Part shown: positions 26,769 to 36,500 of the stretch, one piece after another
How positions within the stretch are numbered: position 1 is the first letter of the stretch
How the letters are laid out: the number at the start of each line of letters is the position of its first letter
From: an uncultured virus (IMG/VR IMGVR_UViG_3300048502_000073)
Lineage: Duplodnaviria > Heunggongvirae > Uroviricota > Caudoviricetes
Length of the DNA stretch: 64,000 nucleotides
Direction: 5' to 3' (one strand)
Virus record (IMG/VR): IMGVR_UViG_3300048502_000073
Program-made: the position numbers and the translations under genes
Notes under the pieces: model-generated
Told to the model about the DNA's origin: nothing
Seen by the model: only the letters and a program-made list of their open reading frames with translations
Database searches by the model: none

Positions 26769-29381
26769 TTATCCGATGACCCATGTGGTGCCGGTGAAAA
26801 ACACCGGCACGAAGTTGGAGCCGCCACCACTCACGTTTGAGCCGAATGTGGTCGCGGTGGCGTCACTGACGAAGGCCCGCGCCCCTGCCACGGCAAACGA
26901 CGCGGACGGCAGAAACGCCACGGTATAGACGTTCGGGATGGCCTGGATGAAGGATTGCGGGAATGTCCCGATCATGTTGATCTGGATGTCCGATTGCGCC
27001 GCCCCGGTTGCCAGCGTGCCGGTGATCGAGCGACCCCGATAGACCTTGTTCCCGCCATTGGCCGCTCCGCTCAGAGCCGGCGAGATCGTGGCGACACCCG
27101 TGGTCTGATTGTAGGCGGTCAGATTGACCTGCTGGTAGGAAGGCCCGTTGAGTTGGATAACGACGTTGTTTCCGGCCCCGAACGCGGCGATGTCCCCGTT
27201 GAGCGTGATACTGGTGGCGCCACTCAGCGCATTGCTGGCCACCGTCGACTGCTGATCATACCCCGTGAGCCGGACGCGCCCATAACCTCCGTCGCTGACG
27301 AAGTCGATCGCGCCGGCCGAACAGTTTTTTGCCCGGGTCACGATGTCGTATGCTTCGATCCCGGTAAACCCGTTGGTCGTGTCGCCGATCTGGAACCCGG
27401 CCGACTCGGTGGTGTCGTTCGGTTTTGCCCCGGTGTAAAAGACGTTCCCGCCGTTGAACTGGAAATTGTTCGCGCGGACAAGCACTTGGGCGAGGACCGA
27501 TTCCTCGATATTCACATCCGTGCAGTTGACGGTGTCGCCATCGACCACCATGCCCCAGGCTGGCTGCACCGCGACCGTGCCGGTGTAGGCGCCGGATACA
27601 TGCGCCTGGTCGAGCATCGATCCTGACGACTCCCGGTCCCACCAGATGCCGAGCGGGTTCAGAAAGTTGCCGATCAACCGGCTGAACCGGCAATCGTTTG
27701 CATTGATCCAGGCCAAGCCCCACGCGGAATTCACCGCGACATTCGTCATGTAGGGGATGATGTCATTAAACCCGGTCGTGAAGCCCATTCGCACGCCCCA
27801 ACCCCGGGCGTTCTGTATATACACATCTTCAATGATGGGGTTGGCCATGATGACGGTAATCCCGTTGCAGGACGCCGTTCCGTCCGCCGCGCCAACGCTG
27901 ATCTGCCCGGTGATCGCAGCATTCGCGACGACCGAGGTCACGGTGACATACTGGTTATTCGTGGTGATCGCGCCAGCCGCGCCGAGAGTAACGGTCTCCG
28001 ACAGGCCGCTTGACGTGTAGTTTCCTTGGATTCGCGTCCCGGTGATCGTCACCGTGGCGGTGTTGGCCGCCGTCGTGGTGATGATGAGATACTGATTGCT
28101 CGCATAGGAGAGGTAAGCAGTCCCGCCGATCGCGAGTCCGCCATTGATTGAGAGCGAGCCGGGCGCCGCGGTCTGGGACAGGCAGATGTTGGATGGCCCC
28201 GCCGGCTGATTTGACACATTTCCATCGATGGTGAGGTCACGGATCGTCATCGTGGCCGTATAGATCGTCGTGGCGTCCAGTGCCGGGGCGCCGACCGCGA
28301 GCGTCGCGCCACCCGGCAAGGTCAAAGACCCCGCGATTCCGATCGTTGCACCACTGATCGAGCCGACCGAATAGTTATACCAAATGCCGTTATTGGCTTG
28401 CGAAATCATGGTGTCACCGACCGAAATGCCGGTGACGTTGCTCACGGTGACCGATGTCGCGCCACTGGATACCGTCGCAGTGATGCGGCGATTCAGTTGC
28501 GCCCACGCCCCTTGCGACACGATCACGTCGGTTTCCGCGCCTGGTGCCAGCTTCAGCGTCGTCGCTGCCCGCGCGCCCTGGATGGTGATGCCATTGGGCA
28601 CGGAGATCGCTGAGACGATATAGGTCCCCGGCGGGCAGAACAGCACCCCGGCGCCAGCAGTCAAAAGCGCGCCGATGGCGTTGGTGAACGCCGCCGTGTC
28701 GACGGTGCTCCCGTCGCCCTTGGCGCCGAACCATTTGACAGACCACGACCCGCCGCCCGTCTGGCGATACCAGCGGCGCCCGGACACGTCCACGATGATT
28801 GTCCCGCCGTTGTCGGCCGAAACCACATCGCTTGCATCGACGTAGAAAGCGCCTTGCCCGCCATCCAGGAACGCGGCGTATCCCAGAACAAAGACCTGAT
28901 GTTGCGGCAAGCTGCTTGTCATGGCGGCCCGCAATGCCGCGATCGTCGCCACCGAAATGGTGATACCGGTCACATTGATCCCGGCATCGGCGATCAGAAC
29001 GCCCGTGGTCCCGGAGAACGATACGAGATCGCCATTGACCGAAGACGACGGGCCGGTGACGTTGCCCGATAGCGCAAATGGATAGACCAAGCCATTGATG
29101 TTGAAGTTGAGCACCGCAGGCGGGGCGCCGTTGTAGCTCTCCGCATACAGCGTGATGGTGCCCGTCTGGGCGACCGATATGCCGAACTGCGTGTAGCCGT
29201 TGGGGTTGTTCGGGGCGACGTTGTTGATCCCGAATGCGATCCCGCCGTTGTTCTGAAGACCCAGTTCGCCGAGAATGCCCGATGTCGCTGGCCCGGCGTC
29301 CTGGCAGACGCCATCCTGCACCCAGACCGCCGGATGGCCGGGGGTGACGCTGCCGCTCTGCTGGATGCTGCTGCCGCTCAT
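26769..29381 (-). CDS. Tailspike (no signal peptide)
   Basis: DGGQGAF...DNGGTIIV..GRRWYR...SVKWFGAKGDGSTVDTAAF...PPGTY tailspike/beta-helix motifs. Confidence 0.85.
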   Translation of the reverse strand: MSGSSIQQSGSVTPGHPAVWVQDGVCQDAGPATSGILGELGLQNNGGIAFGINNVAPNNPNGYTQFGISVAQTGTITLYAESYNGAPPAVLNFNINGLVYPFALSGNVTGPSSSVNGDLVSFSGTTGVLIADAGINVTGITISVATIAALRAAMTSSLPQHQVFVLGYAAFLDGGQGAFYVDASDVVSADNGGTIIVDVSGRRWYRQTGGGSWSVKWFGAKGDGSTVDTAAFTNAIGALLTAGAGVLFCPPGTYIVSAISVPNGITIQGARAATTLKLAPGAETDVIVSQGAWAQLNRRITATVSSGATSVTVSNVTGISVGDTMISQANNGIWYNYSVGSISGATIGIAGSLTLPGGATLAVGAPALDATTIYTATMTIRDLTIDGNVSNQPAGPSNICLSQTAAPGSLSINGGLAIGGTAYLSYASNQYLIITTTAANTATVTITGTRIQGNYTSSGLSETVTLGAAGAITTNNQYVTVTSVVANAAITGQISVGAADGTASCNGITVIMANPIIEDVYIQNARGWGVRMGFTTGFNDIIPYMTNVAVNSAWGLAWINANDCRFSRLIGNFLNPLGIWWDRESSGSMLDQAHVSGAYTGTVAVQPAWGMVVDGDTVNCTDVNIEESVLAQVLVRANNFQFNGGNVFYTGAKPNDTTESAGFQIGDTTNGFTGIEAYDIVTRAKNCSAGAIDFVSDGGYGRVRLTGYDQQSTVASNALSGATSITLNGDIAAFGAGNNVVIQLNGPSYQQVNLTAYNQTTGVATISPALSGAANGGNKVYRGRSITGTLATGAAQSDIQINMIGTFPQSFIQAIPNVYTVAFLPSASFAVAGARAFVSDATATTFGSNVSGGGSNFVPVFFTGTTWVIG

Positions 29382-29444
29382 CAGTTGACCGCCGTTACCG
29401 TGGCCCACGCAGAGCCGGTGAATTGATCAGAAGTAAGCGCATAA

Positions 29445-30377
29445 TCACCAGCGCCCGTAGGGGTTTGAGATTCTTCCGGGGCGGACATGAGCAGAAATCG
29501 CGGATACCCTTTTGTCAAACAAGTCGAAATACATGCGCGCAGCGTTGCCGTTCTGTAGTTCCAGATAGGCCAGAGCCGCCGCCCAATATCCAACGCAATC
29601 AGTCCACGGGTCCGGCAGCGCCTCGACGCTCTGATTATCAATCAGGTCTTGGGGCAAGCACTGGCAGTCGAACTCCAACTGATAACTCTGCGACGGCACC
29701 GGATACATGAACAGCGTGCCATTCACACCCTGGCCAAACTGCGAACAAAACGTAGGGACATACTGATATTGCGATGCAACATACTGCCGTATCAACGACT
29801 GGTAAGTCGAGAAGGCATACATCGGTAGCGAATATCTGTAATTGCTGTATATGATCGACGCACTACGGACAAAATAGACCGACGCCACGCCAGGGAAATA
29901 CGATAGATCAATCCCGGAAAATGGGTAAGCTTCCTGGCCTTCGTTCAGCGTGTTGTTCAGAGACGTGTTGACGGTCGCAGTAAATCCCGCGCCCGTTGGG
30001 TCGTTGATCGTGACTTGCGGCGCGAAATAACCGCTGCCGCCATAGTTCACCGCCACGTTGACGATGACGCCGCCGATCGCCGTGGCCGTGCCAATGGCCT
30101 GCTTGCCGTTCGGGAACGGCAGGAAGCCGGTCGGGCTGTCGGGAGGGGTGATGACCACCTGGGGGTTGGTGTATTGCGAGCCACCGTTCGTCACCTGGAT
30201 CGTGGTGATCGCGCCGCTGATCGGAGGGAGCACCCGGATGCACTGCGCGCGCATCGCGACCTCGCGCCGGCCCTGGTTGATGTAGTCAATCAGGTCGGCC
30301 GGGTCCAACAGCTCCTGCCGGCTGTCACGGCAGAAGCGCTGGACGCTTTTGAGGTAAGTGTTGAGCGTGGCGGGCAT
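29445..30377 (-). CDS. Head-tail adaptor paralogue 2 (with GGSGY insertion)
   Basis: LIDYINQGRREVA...LFMYPVP...LPDPWTDCVGYWAAALAY. Confidence 0.75.
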   Translation of the reverse strand: MPATLNTYLKSVQRFCRDSRQELLDPADLIDYINQGRREVAMRAQCIRVLPPISGAITTIQVTNGGSQYTNPQVVITPPDSPTGFLPFPNGKQAIGTATAIGGVIVNVAVNYGGSGYFAPQVTINDPTGAGFTATVNTSLNNTLNEGQEAYPFSGIDLSYFPGVASVYFVRSASIIYSNYRYSLPMYAFSTYQSLIRQYVASQYQYVPTFCSQFGQGVNGTLFMYPVPSQSYQLEFDCQCLPQDLIDNQSVEALPDPWTDCVGYWAAALAYLELQNGNAARMYFDLFDKRVSAISAHVRPGRISNPYGRW

Positions 30378-31123
30378 TATCCGCCGCCGACGCCAAGTTG
30401 GTTCTGCCGGGTCGGGTTCGGGACTTGCGGGTTGATCGACGGTAGCACCATCGGCGTGGAAGCCTTGCGCGCCCGGTCCACGAACTCGCTATAGAGCTTA
30501 TACATTCCAAGCGCTTCCTGCGTCCGAATGCCGGTCTGTGCGCTCAGCAGAGCCAGATACGCCGCGAAGTAGGGTATTGCGTCCGTCCACAGGAACGGCA
30601 GCGCTTCCGCCGTCGTGTCGTTCACCAGCGCGATCGGGTAGCACACGCAATCCACGTTCACCGCATAGGCGAAATCAGGCGGCGGAGAAACATACAGCGA
30701 GCCACCGCCGACCGGCAGGGGGGATGCCTGCGCGCTCGCGCCCTGCCCATATTGCGCCCAGACCTTCGGCGGGCCGCCGACAGGGACCGGGTTGTTCAGC
30801 TCAAAAAGAGAGAACCACGGCCAGGGGCGAGGACGTATCCATTTCTGCCCCACGCCGACTTGATACCAAAGCGTCTCGACATCCAGCACACCAGCTATAC
30901 CGGCCGCAGTCCCCCCGGCTAAAGCGATTGCGCTGTAAGGGTAGACCTGGGTTCCGGCGGTCAGCGCCAGCGTTCCCATATAGCGGATGCACTTCGCTTC
31001 GCCCGCAAGCTGATTGCGGGCGCTGTTGATATACGTGGTAAGCGCGGTGGTCGCGTAAAGCGGGATGGGGGCCGCCGGGTTTTGGAGCAGACTCTGCGTG
31101 GCCGTGAGGTAGGTTGTCAGCAT
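30377..31123 (-). CDS. Head-tail adaptor paralogue 1
   Basis: LTTYINSARNQLA...LYVSPPPD...LPFLWTDAIPYFAAYLAL. Confidence 0.75.
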   Translation of the reverse strand: MLTTYLTATQSLLQNPAAPIPLYATTALTTYINSARNQLAGEAKCIRYMGTLALTAGTQVYPYSAIALAGGTAAGIAGVLDVETLWYQVGVGQKWIRPRPWPWFSLFELNNPVPVGGPPKVWAQYGQGASAQASPLPVGGGSLYVSPPPDFAYAVNVDCVCYPIALVNDTTAEALPFLWTDAIPYFAAYLALLSAQTGIRTQEALGMYKLYSEFVDRARKASTPMVLPSINPQVPNPTRQNQLGVGGG

Positions 31124-31149
31124 GCGTCACCACCTCCCGGCCCCGCAAC

Positions 31150-32289
31150 TCAGAGAGGCTGAAGCAGTATGGTATCCTGGAATCCGCCCAGTGTAAGCGT
31201 GACCGACGCCAGCGTGGTCGGCAGCGCACCGCCAGGGATAATCACAGCGCTCGGCGTGGACACAAACAGACCCGGGTCCTGCACGACGGGAGCCGAGATC
31301 AGACCGGCACTCGATGCGGTGACGGTGATAACGCCCGGCCTGGCGCGGAACTTGGTCAGTTCCACCATCGGGTTCGGGTTCACCGAGGCCGCGCCGTTGT
31401 AGTATCCGCCGGCCGTGGTCACGGTGGGGGGTTCCGCCGCGTTGCCCCAGCCGCCGCCGCCTGCCGTAACCGTCGCCGCGGTGATGCACTGCATGACGAG
31501 AGCCGCCAGCGTGGCACCGGACCCTGCGCCACCGGTCGCCGTCAGTGTCAGGCCGGTGAGGCTCGACGTGATCGGGGCGCCGTTGTTCGTGAGCAGCGCG
31601 CCCGTGATCGCCGTGGACTGCGCCGCGTTCAGCACGAGCGTGATCGACGCCGTGGTGATCGTGCCGTAGTTCGGATCGGCCGGGTTAGGGATGATCAGCG
31701 CGGTAGGCGCGGAGATGTAGCCGGCACCGAAGTCCTGCAGCGATACCGACGACACCGTGCCCGAGGTGATGACCGCGTAAGCCGTCGCCTGGATGCCGGG
31801 GTTCGGCGGAACCGGGATATGGACCAGAGGCGCCATCGTGTAATTCGCACCGGTCGCCGCGATCGTGGAAATCGACAGCGCCCCGCCGACGATGGCCTGC
31901 CAGGTGGAGCCGCCGATGTTCGGGGTGATCGTCGCCGTCGCCTGCGCGTAGCCGGAACCGCCGCCGGTCACCGCCGCACCAACCGGGCACCCTGTCAGGT
32001 TCGCGATCCGCCGCGTGAAACCGTCGCTTGTAACAATCTGCGCGCCGCTGCCAGGGCGCTGGTCCGTGCGCCAAATGCCGGTGATCGGGTCGAGCCACTG
32101 CAGGACGCACACCGCACCGGTATCGACGATCCAGCCGTTCGTGCCCGTGCTCGGGATAACGATCTCATCGCCCGGCGAGATGCCGACGAAGTTGGCCGGG
32201 GTGTTCTGCGGCGCGTTGTTCAGATTCCCCGGATACAGGGACATCGGATACGGAAGGCCAACGCCCGGACCCGAAATAATGATACTCAT
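31150..32289 (-). CDS. Virion structural protein (decoration/fibre) with GGxGY repeats
   Basis: Immediately after capsid; VTGGGSGY, TGANY and FGAGY repeats. Confidence 0.6.
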   Translation of the reverse strand: MSIIISGPGVGLPYPMSLYPGNLNNAPQNTPANFVGISPGDEIVIPSTGTNGWIVDTGAVCVLQWLDPITGIWRTDQRPGSGAQIVTSDGFTRRIANLTGCPVGAAVTGGGSGYAQATATITPNIGGSTWQAIVGGALSISTIAATGANYTMAPLVHIPVPPNPGIQATAYAVITSGTVSSVSLQDFGAGYISAPTALIIPNPADPNYGTITTASITLVLNAAQSTAITGALLTNNGAPITSSLTGLTLTATGGAGSGATLAALVMQCITAATVTAGGGGWGNAAEPPTVTTAGGYYNGAASVNPNPMVELTKFRARPGVITVTASSAGLISAPVVQDPGLFVSTPSAVIIPGGALPTTLASVTLTLGGFQDTILLQPL

Positions 32290-32301
32290 CGTTCCGACTC
32301 C

Positions 32302-33357
32302 TTAATAGGCATTCCCACCAAATCCGTAACACCAGAACCCGGACACTGATTTCGCCGACACGAAGTCATACCCTAGCACGACAATCCCCTGCTGGCCGAT
32401 CTGACCAAGAGGAACCAGCGAATAGAAGCCGCTGAAGTCCATTGCCGCGTCTTCGCTGATGTAGATATTGCTGTATTTTACGTTCACGCCCCACATGTTG
32501 CCGACCGGCACGAAATGGTCGGCGAAGATCGGCACGCCCGAAATGTTCATATTCGGGAATGACGACCTGATCGGCGTATCGATCGAGAACCGGTTGCCGG
32601 GCTCGACGTAGCCCTGCTCCACCCCGATGAAGTCGTTGTTCGTGGTCGCGAAGTCAGCCGGGTTCATGACGATGTAGGTTGGCGCCTCGCCGCCCGCGGC
32701 GTCCGTCACCTTCTGGATCAGCGTCGCCATCGCCTTGCGGTTGAAGCCCGTAGTATTGGTGGTGAAGTTCGTTGCCCATGTCGTGCCGGCGCCAGCGTTG
32801 ATATACTGCCCCTGGAAGGCCGAGTTGCCCGCCGCGTTGCGGTTGATGCCGCCATAGGTCGGCGCGTTGGTGCCGTTGTCGAAAGCATCGACCATGCTGT
32901 TCGGATACAGCGGGTTCGCCGTGTTGTTCGTATAGAGCAGCCGGGCGATGTTCTGCCGGGTCACCGCATAGGCGTCATTCATACGCGCCTTGAGCAGCGA
33001 GATTTCCCGATCGGTCGCCTGGATGATCGTTTCACCGAACGGCAGGGGGATCGGAACAACCCAGTAGGCGAGGTTCCACTGGCCGTTCTGGATGCCGGGG
33101 GTAATAACTGGCGAGTTAAATCCACCGCCGTATCCGGTGAACTGGCCCTGAACCATGCTCTGACCCTGCATGGGGATCGTGATCTGGTTCAGGCCGCCCG
33201 CTGCTTTCTGGGCATTTCCCCAGAGATAGAACAGAGACGGAGAGGCGAAATAAATCTGGACGAACAACTTCCGGACAAACGCGCGTCTGGTAGTGGCCGT
33301 CAGTTCGTTATAAATATTGCCCGCTGCGGGGGCGACGCCTAAACCGGGGATCGGCAC
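32302..33357 (-). CDS. Major capsid protein
   Basis: 351 aa after scaffold; TYGGINR, PTYIVMNP and ISGVPIFADHFVP motifs; GTG start. Confidence 0.85.
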   Translation of the reverse strand: MPIPGLGVAPAAGNIYNELTATTRRAFVRKLFVQIYFASPSLFYLWGNAQKAAGGLNQITIPMQGQSMVQGQFTGYGGGFNSPVITPGIQNGQWNLAYWVVPIPLPFGETIIQATDREISLLKARMNDAYAVTRQNIARLLYTNNTANPLYPNSMVDAFDNGTNAPTYGGINRNAAGNSAFQGQYINAGAGTTWATNFTTNTTGFNRKAMATLIQKVTDAAGGEAPTYIVMNPADFATTNNDFIGVEQGYVEPGNRFSIDTPIRSSFPNMNISGVPIFADHFVPVGNMWGVNVKYSNIYISEDAAMDFSGFYSLVPLGQIGQQGIVVLGYDFVSAKSVSGFWCYGFGGNAY

Positions 33358-33373
33358 GTCTCTACACTCCTAC

Positions 33374-33967
33374 TCAGCGCCTGGCGCCCGTTTGGCTCCG
33401 AAAATCCTTCAGTGTCGCCTTGATCTCCCGATCGAGCGCGCCTTCGTCATCGCCCTTCGAAGCGATCATTGACTTGATGAACGTGTCGTCTTCCGCGTTG
33501 CCATCGAAGAAGCCCCACGAGCCATGACCGTTCGGCTGGACCGGCTCGGCCGGCGGGTGCAGCTTTTCAAACAGCGCGGCAGCGGCTTCGAGGTCGGGGA
33601 TACCGCGGTCCTGCGCCATCTTCTCGATTGCGTCGATCCCGTCATCCCGCCATCCCGCCTGGCGCAGCGTGTTCTTTTGCCGCTCCCATGAGCGGGTGAA
33701 CTCGGCAACCTGGGCGGCCTGGGCGCGCTCGGCTTTCTCAGCCTCGCGTGCTGCCTTTTCCTCGGCGAGCATCGCGCGGATTTCGTTGACCTGCGCATTG
33801 ACGGGCTCGGCCGCGTCAAGCTCCGGGATAACCGCGCTCGGGTCGGATTTCTTCCGCGCCTGGAGCAGAAGCTTGCGCGCGTCCTTGTCGCCCATCATCT
33901 TGTTGACGGCGGCGACAACGGCCTGCGCGTTCAGGAATTCGGACTCGTCTACCTCGCGAACCGCCAT
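33374..33967 (-). CDS. Scaffolding protein (probable)
   Basis: Charged helical protein directly upstream of capsid. Confidence 0.6.
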   Translation of the reverse strand: MAVREVDESEFLNAQAVVAAVNKMMGDKDARKLLLQARKKSDPSAVIPELDAAEPVNAQVNEIRAMLAEEKAAREAEKAERAQAAQVAEFTRSWERQKNTLRQAGWRDDGIDAIEKMAQDRGIPDLEAAAALFEKLHPPAEPVQPNGHGSWGFFDGNAEDDTFIKSMIASKGDDEGALDREIKATLKDFRSQTGARR

Positions 33968-33970
33968 GGA

Positions 33971-34144
33971 TTAGGTCTTCGATCCGGCGTTCGGGACGTG
34001 GCTGATGCTCATGTCGGTCGCCTTCGAGCCGCCCGGCAGGTGCGACTTCCGGCCGCCGATCTCCAGCTCTTCCATGTTCACGCGGACGATCTGCGCGTCA
34101 GACTTGGGGATAGACTTTGTGTTGTCCTGGAAAATATTCGGCAT
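33971..34144 (-). CDS. Small hypothetical protein (57 aa; not in ORF track)
   Basis: MPNIFQDNTKSIPKSDAQIVRVNMEEL...; exactly fills the gap; AAGG upstream. Confidence 0.6.
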   Translation of the reverse strand: MPNIFQDNTKSIPKSDAQIVRVNMEELEIGGRKSHLPGGSKATDMSISHVPNAGSKT

Positions 34145-34153
34145 TTGAATACC

Positions 34154-34591
34154 TTACCCTGCCATCGGTGGAGGTGCGCCAGCGCCCGGCGGGGCTCCCG
34201 GCATCGGGGGGCGCGGACCTTGCGCACCCATGGCGGCCATCTGCGGCGCCATTTGCATTTTCTTTTGCATCATCGCCTGCATGGCGTTCTGCTCGCCTTG
34301 CGGCGTGCTGCTGCCAGGCGGCACGTGCTTGCCGATATCGACCAAGGCTTTCGACAGCGCTTGGCCGACCGGCGTAGACGCGCCGACTTTGGCAATAGCC
34401 ATTGCCATGCCGTTCAGGAGCATCCCGACGATCTGAATACCCTGCGCCGCGTGGCCGAGGTTCTGGGTCGGCGCCGTTGCAGGGGAGGAGCCGATAGGCG
34501 GCTGACCCGGCGTTGGCGCTCCTCCAGGCGGTGCGGCGGCACCGGGAGCTTCAGGCGGTGGTGTCGGCGGGGCTTCGCCCGGAATCGGCAT
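34154..34591 (-). CDS. Pro/Gln/Met-rich head-module protein
   Basis: Low-complexity ends with a helical core. Confidence 0.6.
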   Translation of the reverse strand: MPIPGEAPPTPPPEAPGAAAPPGGAPTPGQPPIGSSPATAPTQNLGHAAQGIQIVGMLLNGMAMAIAKVGASTPVGQALSKALVDIGKHVPPGSSTPQGEQNAMQAMMQKKMQMAPQMAAMGAQGPRPPMPGAPPGAGAPPPMAG

Positions 34592-34600
34592 GGCTCTGGA

Positions 34601-34703
34601 CTACATCCGACGACCGCGCTTCATATTCCTGAAGCGGATCATATTAGTGCTTCCGGCCGCGGCCCTTGGGACGACGACCGCGAACGCCAATTTCCTTAAT
34701 CAT
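34601..34703 (-). CDS. Two tandem Arg-rich micro-ORFs (34644-34703, 19 aa; 34601-34642, 13 aa)
   Basis: AGGAG RBS then MIKEIGVRGRRPKGRGRKH*, one nt, then MIRFRNMKRGRRM*. Confidence 0.5.
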
Positions 34704-34886
34704 AGCGATCTCCTGAATAGTGACACGATGCCCGAACGCTCCTCGTTATCGCCGCCACTCGGGTCATTTCTGACTCGGGAGACAGTTAAGTCCGGGCGCC
34801 GCAGTCAGCGCTTACACGCGCGCGCGGCGCAATGGCGGCGTTCGCTTATTTCGCTAGGCGCGCTTTGATCGCGTTGGTAAAAGCGT

Positions 34887-35087
34887 GTGATGGCCGAACC
34901 GCTGGATATCGACATCCCGAAATATCTCAGCCCGAAGCAGGGCGCGGCCATGGTCGGGGTGTCGTTGACGACGCTTTATACCCGCCTGCGCGGCCCCAAC
35001 CCGCCGCCGCATCGACGGATCGGCCGCAAATGGCTCCTGCCGATCGAGGCATTCACCGAATGGGCATCACAGGACGTGATAGAATGA
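34887..35087 (+). CDS. Excisionase/AlpA-like HTH protein
   Basis: YLSPKQGAAMVGVSLTTLY...RRIGRKWLLPIEAFTEW. Confidence 0.85.
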   Translation: MMAEPLDIDIPKYLSPKQGAAMVGVSLTTLYTRLRGPNPPPHRRIGRKWLLPIEAFTEWASQDVIE

Positions 35088-35788
35088 TGGAAGACCTGCG
35101 CGTTCTCAGCCTGGAACGGACCCCCCATCGCCTGGAGCTATTCCATTCCCGCAACCCGCATGTCCCATGCGTCGTGCAGACCGCGGTCGACGGTCAAACA
35201 GTGGACCGCTTACGTTACCCGTCGCTGAAGCATTCAGACGGCGCGCTCGGGTGTCTCCTGTCGCACATGGCGTTCTGGGATGAGGTGATCGAGGCAGGCC
35301 GGCCGATGACAATCTTTGAGGACGACGCGATCGTGCATCTGTCGTTCATGGGCGCGCACCGGAAGGTCTTGGAATCGCTCCCCAAGGACTGGGACATCAT
35401 CCTGTGGGGATGGAATTTCAACGCGCTCCTGATGTTTGATATGGTCCCTGGCGCCTGGGGCGGCATGCAGTGCGAGCTTGGCGAGCTGCGCCGGCACATC
35501 GATCGCTACCAGAACTGCCGGCTCGCGGCGAATGCCTCGAAGCTATATCGGGCATGGGGGACGGTCGGGTATGCGATTTCGCCGTCAGGGGCGAAGTTCT
35601 TGCGCCGGCAAGACGCCATCACGCAGGATGTGGTGATCCAGTTTCCCGACATGGGGGAAACGCAGGTGCTGAACGTCGGCGTGGACGTGATGATGAACGC
35701 TTTCTACCCGATGATGAACGCGTTTGTTTGCATTCCACCGCTCGTGGTGACCACTATGGATGACTCGACCATTGGTCCGACCGCCTAG
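35084..35788 (+). CDS. Glycosyltransferase family 25
   Basis: LSLERTPHR...AVDG...GALGCLLSHMAFW...IFEDDA...GTVGYAISPSGA...VD. Confidence 0.9.
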   Translation: MMEDLRVLSLERTPHRLELFHSRNPHVPCVVQTAVDGQTVDRLRYPSLKHSDGALGCLLSHMAFWDEVIEAGRPMTIFEDDAIVHLSFMGAHRKVLESLPKDWDIILWGWNFNALLMFDMVPGAWGGMQCELGELRRHIDRYQNCRLAANASKLYRAWGTVGYAISPSGAKFLRRQDAITQDVVIQFPDMGETQVLNVGVDVMMNAFYPMMNAFVCIPPLVVTTMDDSTIGPTA

Positions 35789-36032
35789 ATTCCTAAGTGA
35801 AACTGGACAGGCTTCGGCATTCGCATACGATGTGGTGATCGGCTTCGGCTGGTATGGGCATCGTTTTGGTTTCCCTCTTCCATAGCGATCGGCGGCCATC
35901 CTTTCCGCAATGGTTTTACGGAGCCCGGTTTGCGCACCGCAACGGCCGTGTACGTTCGGAGCCGTTCGCTTAGCGAGGATGGCCATGTAGCGGCGTCCGA
36001 TCGGCGCCGGTCAAATCGGCTCCAACCAACTG

Positions 36033-36218
36033 TTATTTCCTGAGCGGCCAGCAGTCGAGGCACCAAACCTGCATGGGAACTTCGGGTGCCGGCTTTAACT
36101 TGAACAAATTACCATGCTCTTGATCCTCAGCGACCGTGCCGGGCGAGCATGCAAACCACCCGCCTCCGCAGACTTGGCACGCCAGAGTGGCGATATCGAG
36201 GGTTGCGGTATCAGTCAA
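36033..36218 (-). CDS. Small Cys-rich (Zn-binding) protein
   Basis: CQVC...CLDC. Confidence 0.5.
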   Translation of the reverse strand: MTDTATLDIATLACQVCGGGWFACSPGTVAEDQEHGNLFKLKPAPEVPMQVWCLDCWPLRK

Positions 36219-36370
36219 AACGCTATCGCCAGCGCACGGAGCCCGGACAGACGCTTGTTACTCTGGCGGCGAATTGCCTTGGGGCTGTTCAGCCTGCTGT
36301 CCAAACCACCCTTTGGGCGGCCCATGGGCTTGCTGCTGCTTTTGCTCGCCTTTTTCTTCGTGACCGACAT
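36215..36370 (-). CDS. Small basic protein (51 aa; not in ORF track)
   Basis: MSVTKKKASKSSSKPMGRPKGG...; GGGGG upstream; stop overlaps next start. Confidence 0.45.
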   Translation of the reverse strand: MSVTKKKASKSSSKPMGRPKGGLDSRLNSPKAIRRQSNKRLSGLRALAIAF

Positions 36371-36389
36371 TTCTAACCCCCCTGAATGC

Positions 36390-36500
36390 GCCGGGCGGAC
36401 GCTGTGTGAAGCGGAGAGAGGGGAGGTCTCTTATCCCCACACAGCGCTCCGTATCCCGCCCGGCTTGAATACGTCTAACAGACGTATCTTTGACGGTCAA
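36390..36500 (-). promoter_or_regulatory. Putative promoter with a long structured leader
   Basis: TTGACC at 36500-36495, 17 nt, TAGACG; nested stems GCCGGGCGG/CCGCCCGGC and CGCTGTGTG/CACACAGCG. Confidence 0.45.

Noticed and set aside
29381..29641. Frameshift extension of adaptor 2 (…GDYALTSDQFTGSAWATVTAVN)
   Set aside because: The tail looks protein-like but no convincing slippery site is visible; cannot be supported
34832..35083. N-terminal extension of GT25 in the ORF track
   Set aside because: Overlaps the Xis-like gene; the GT25 motif starts at the coupled ATG at 35084
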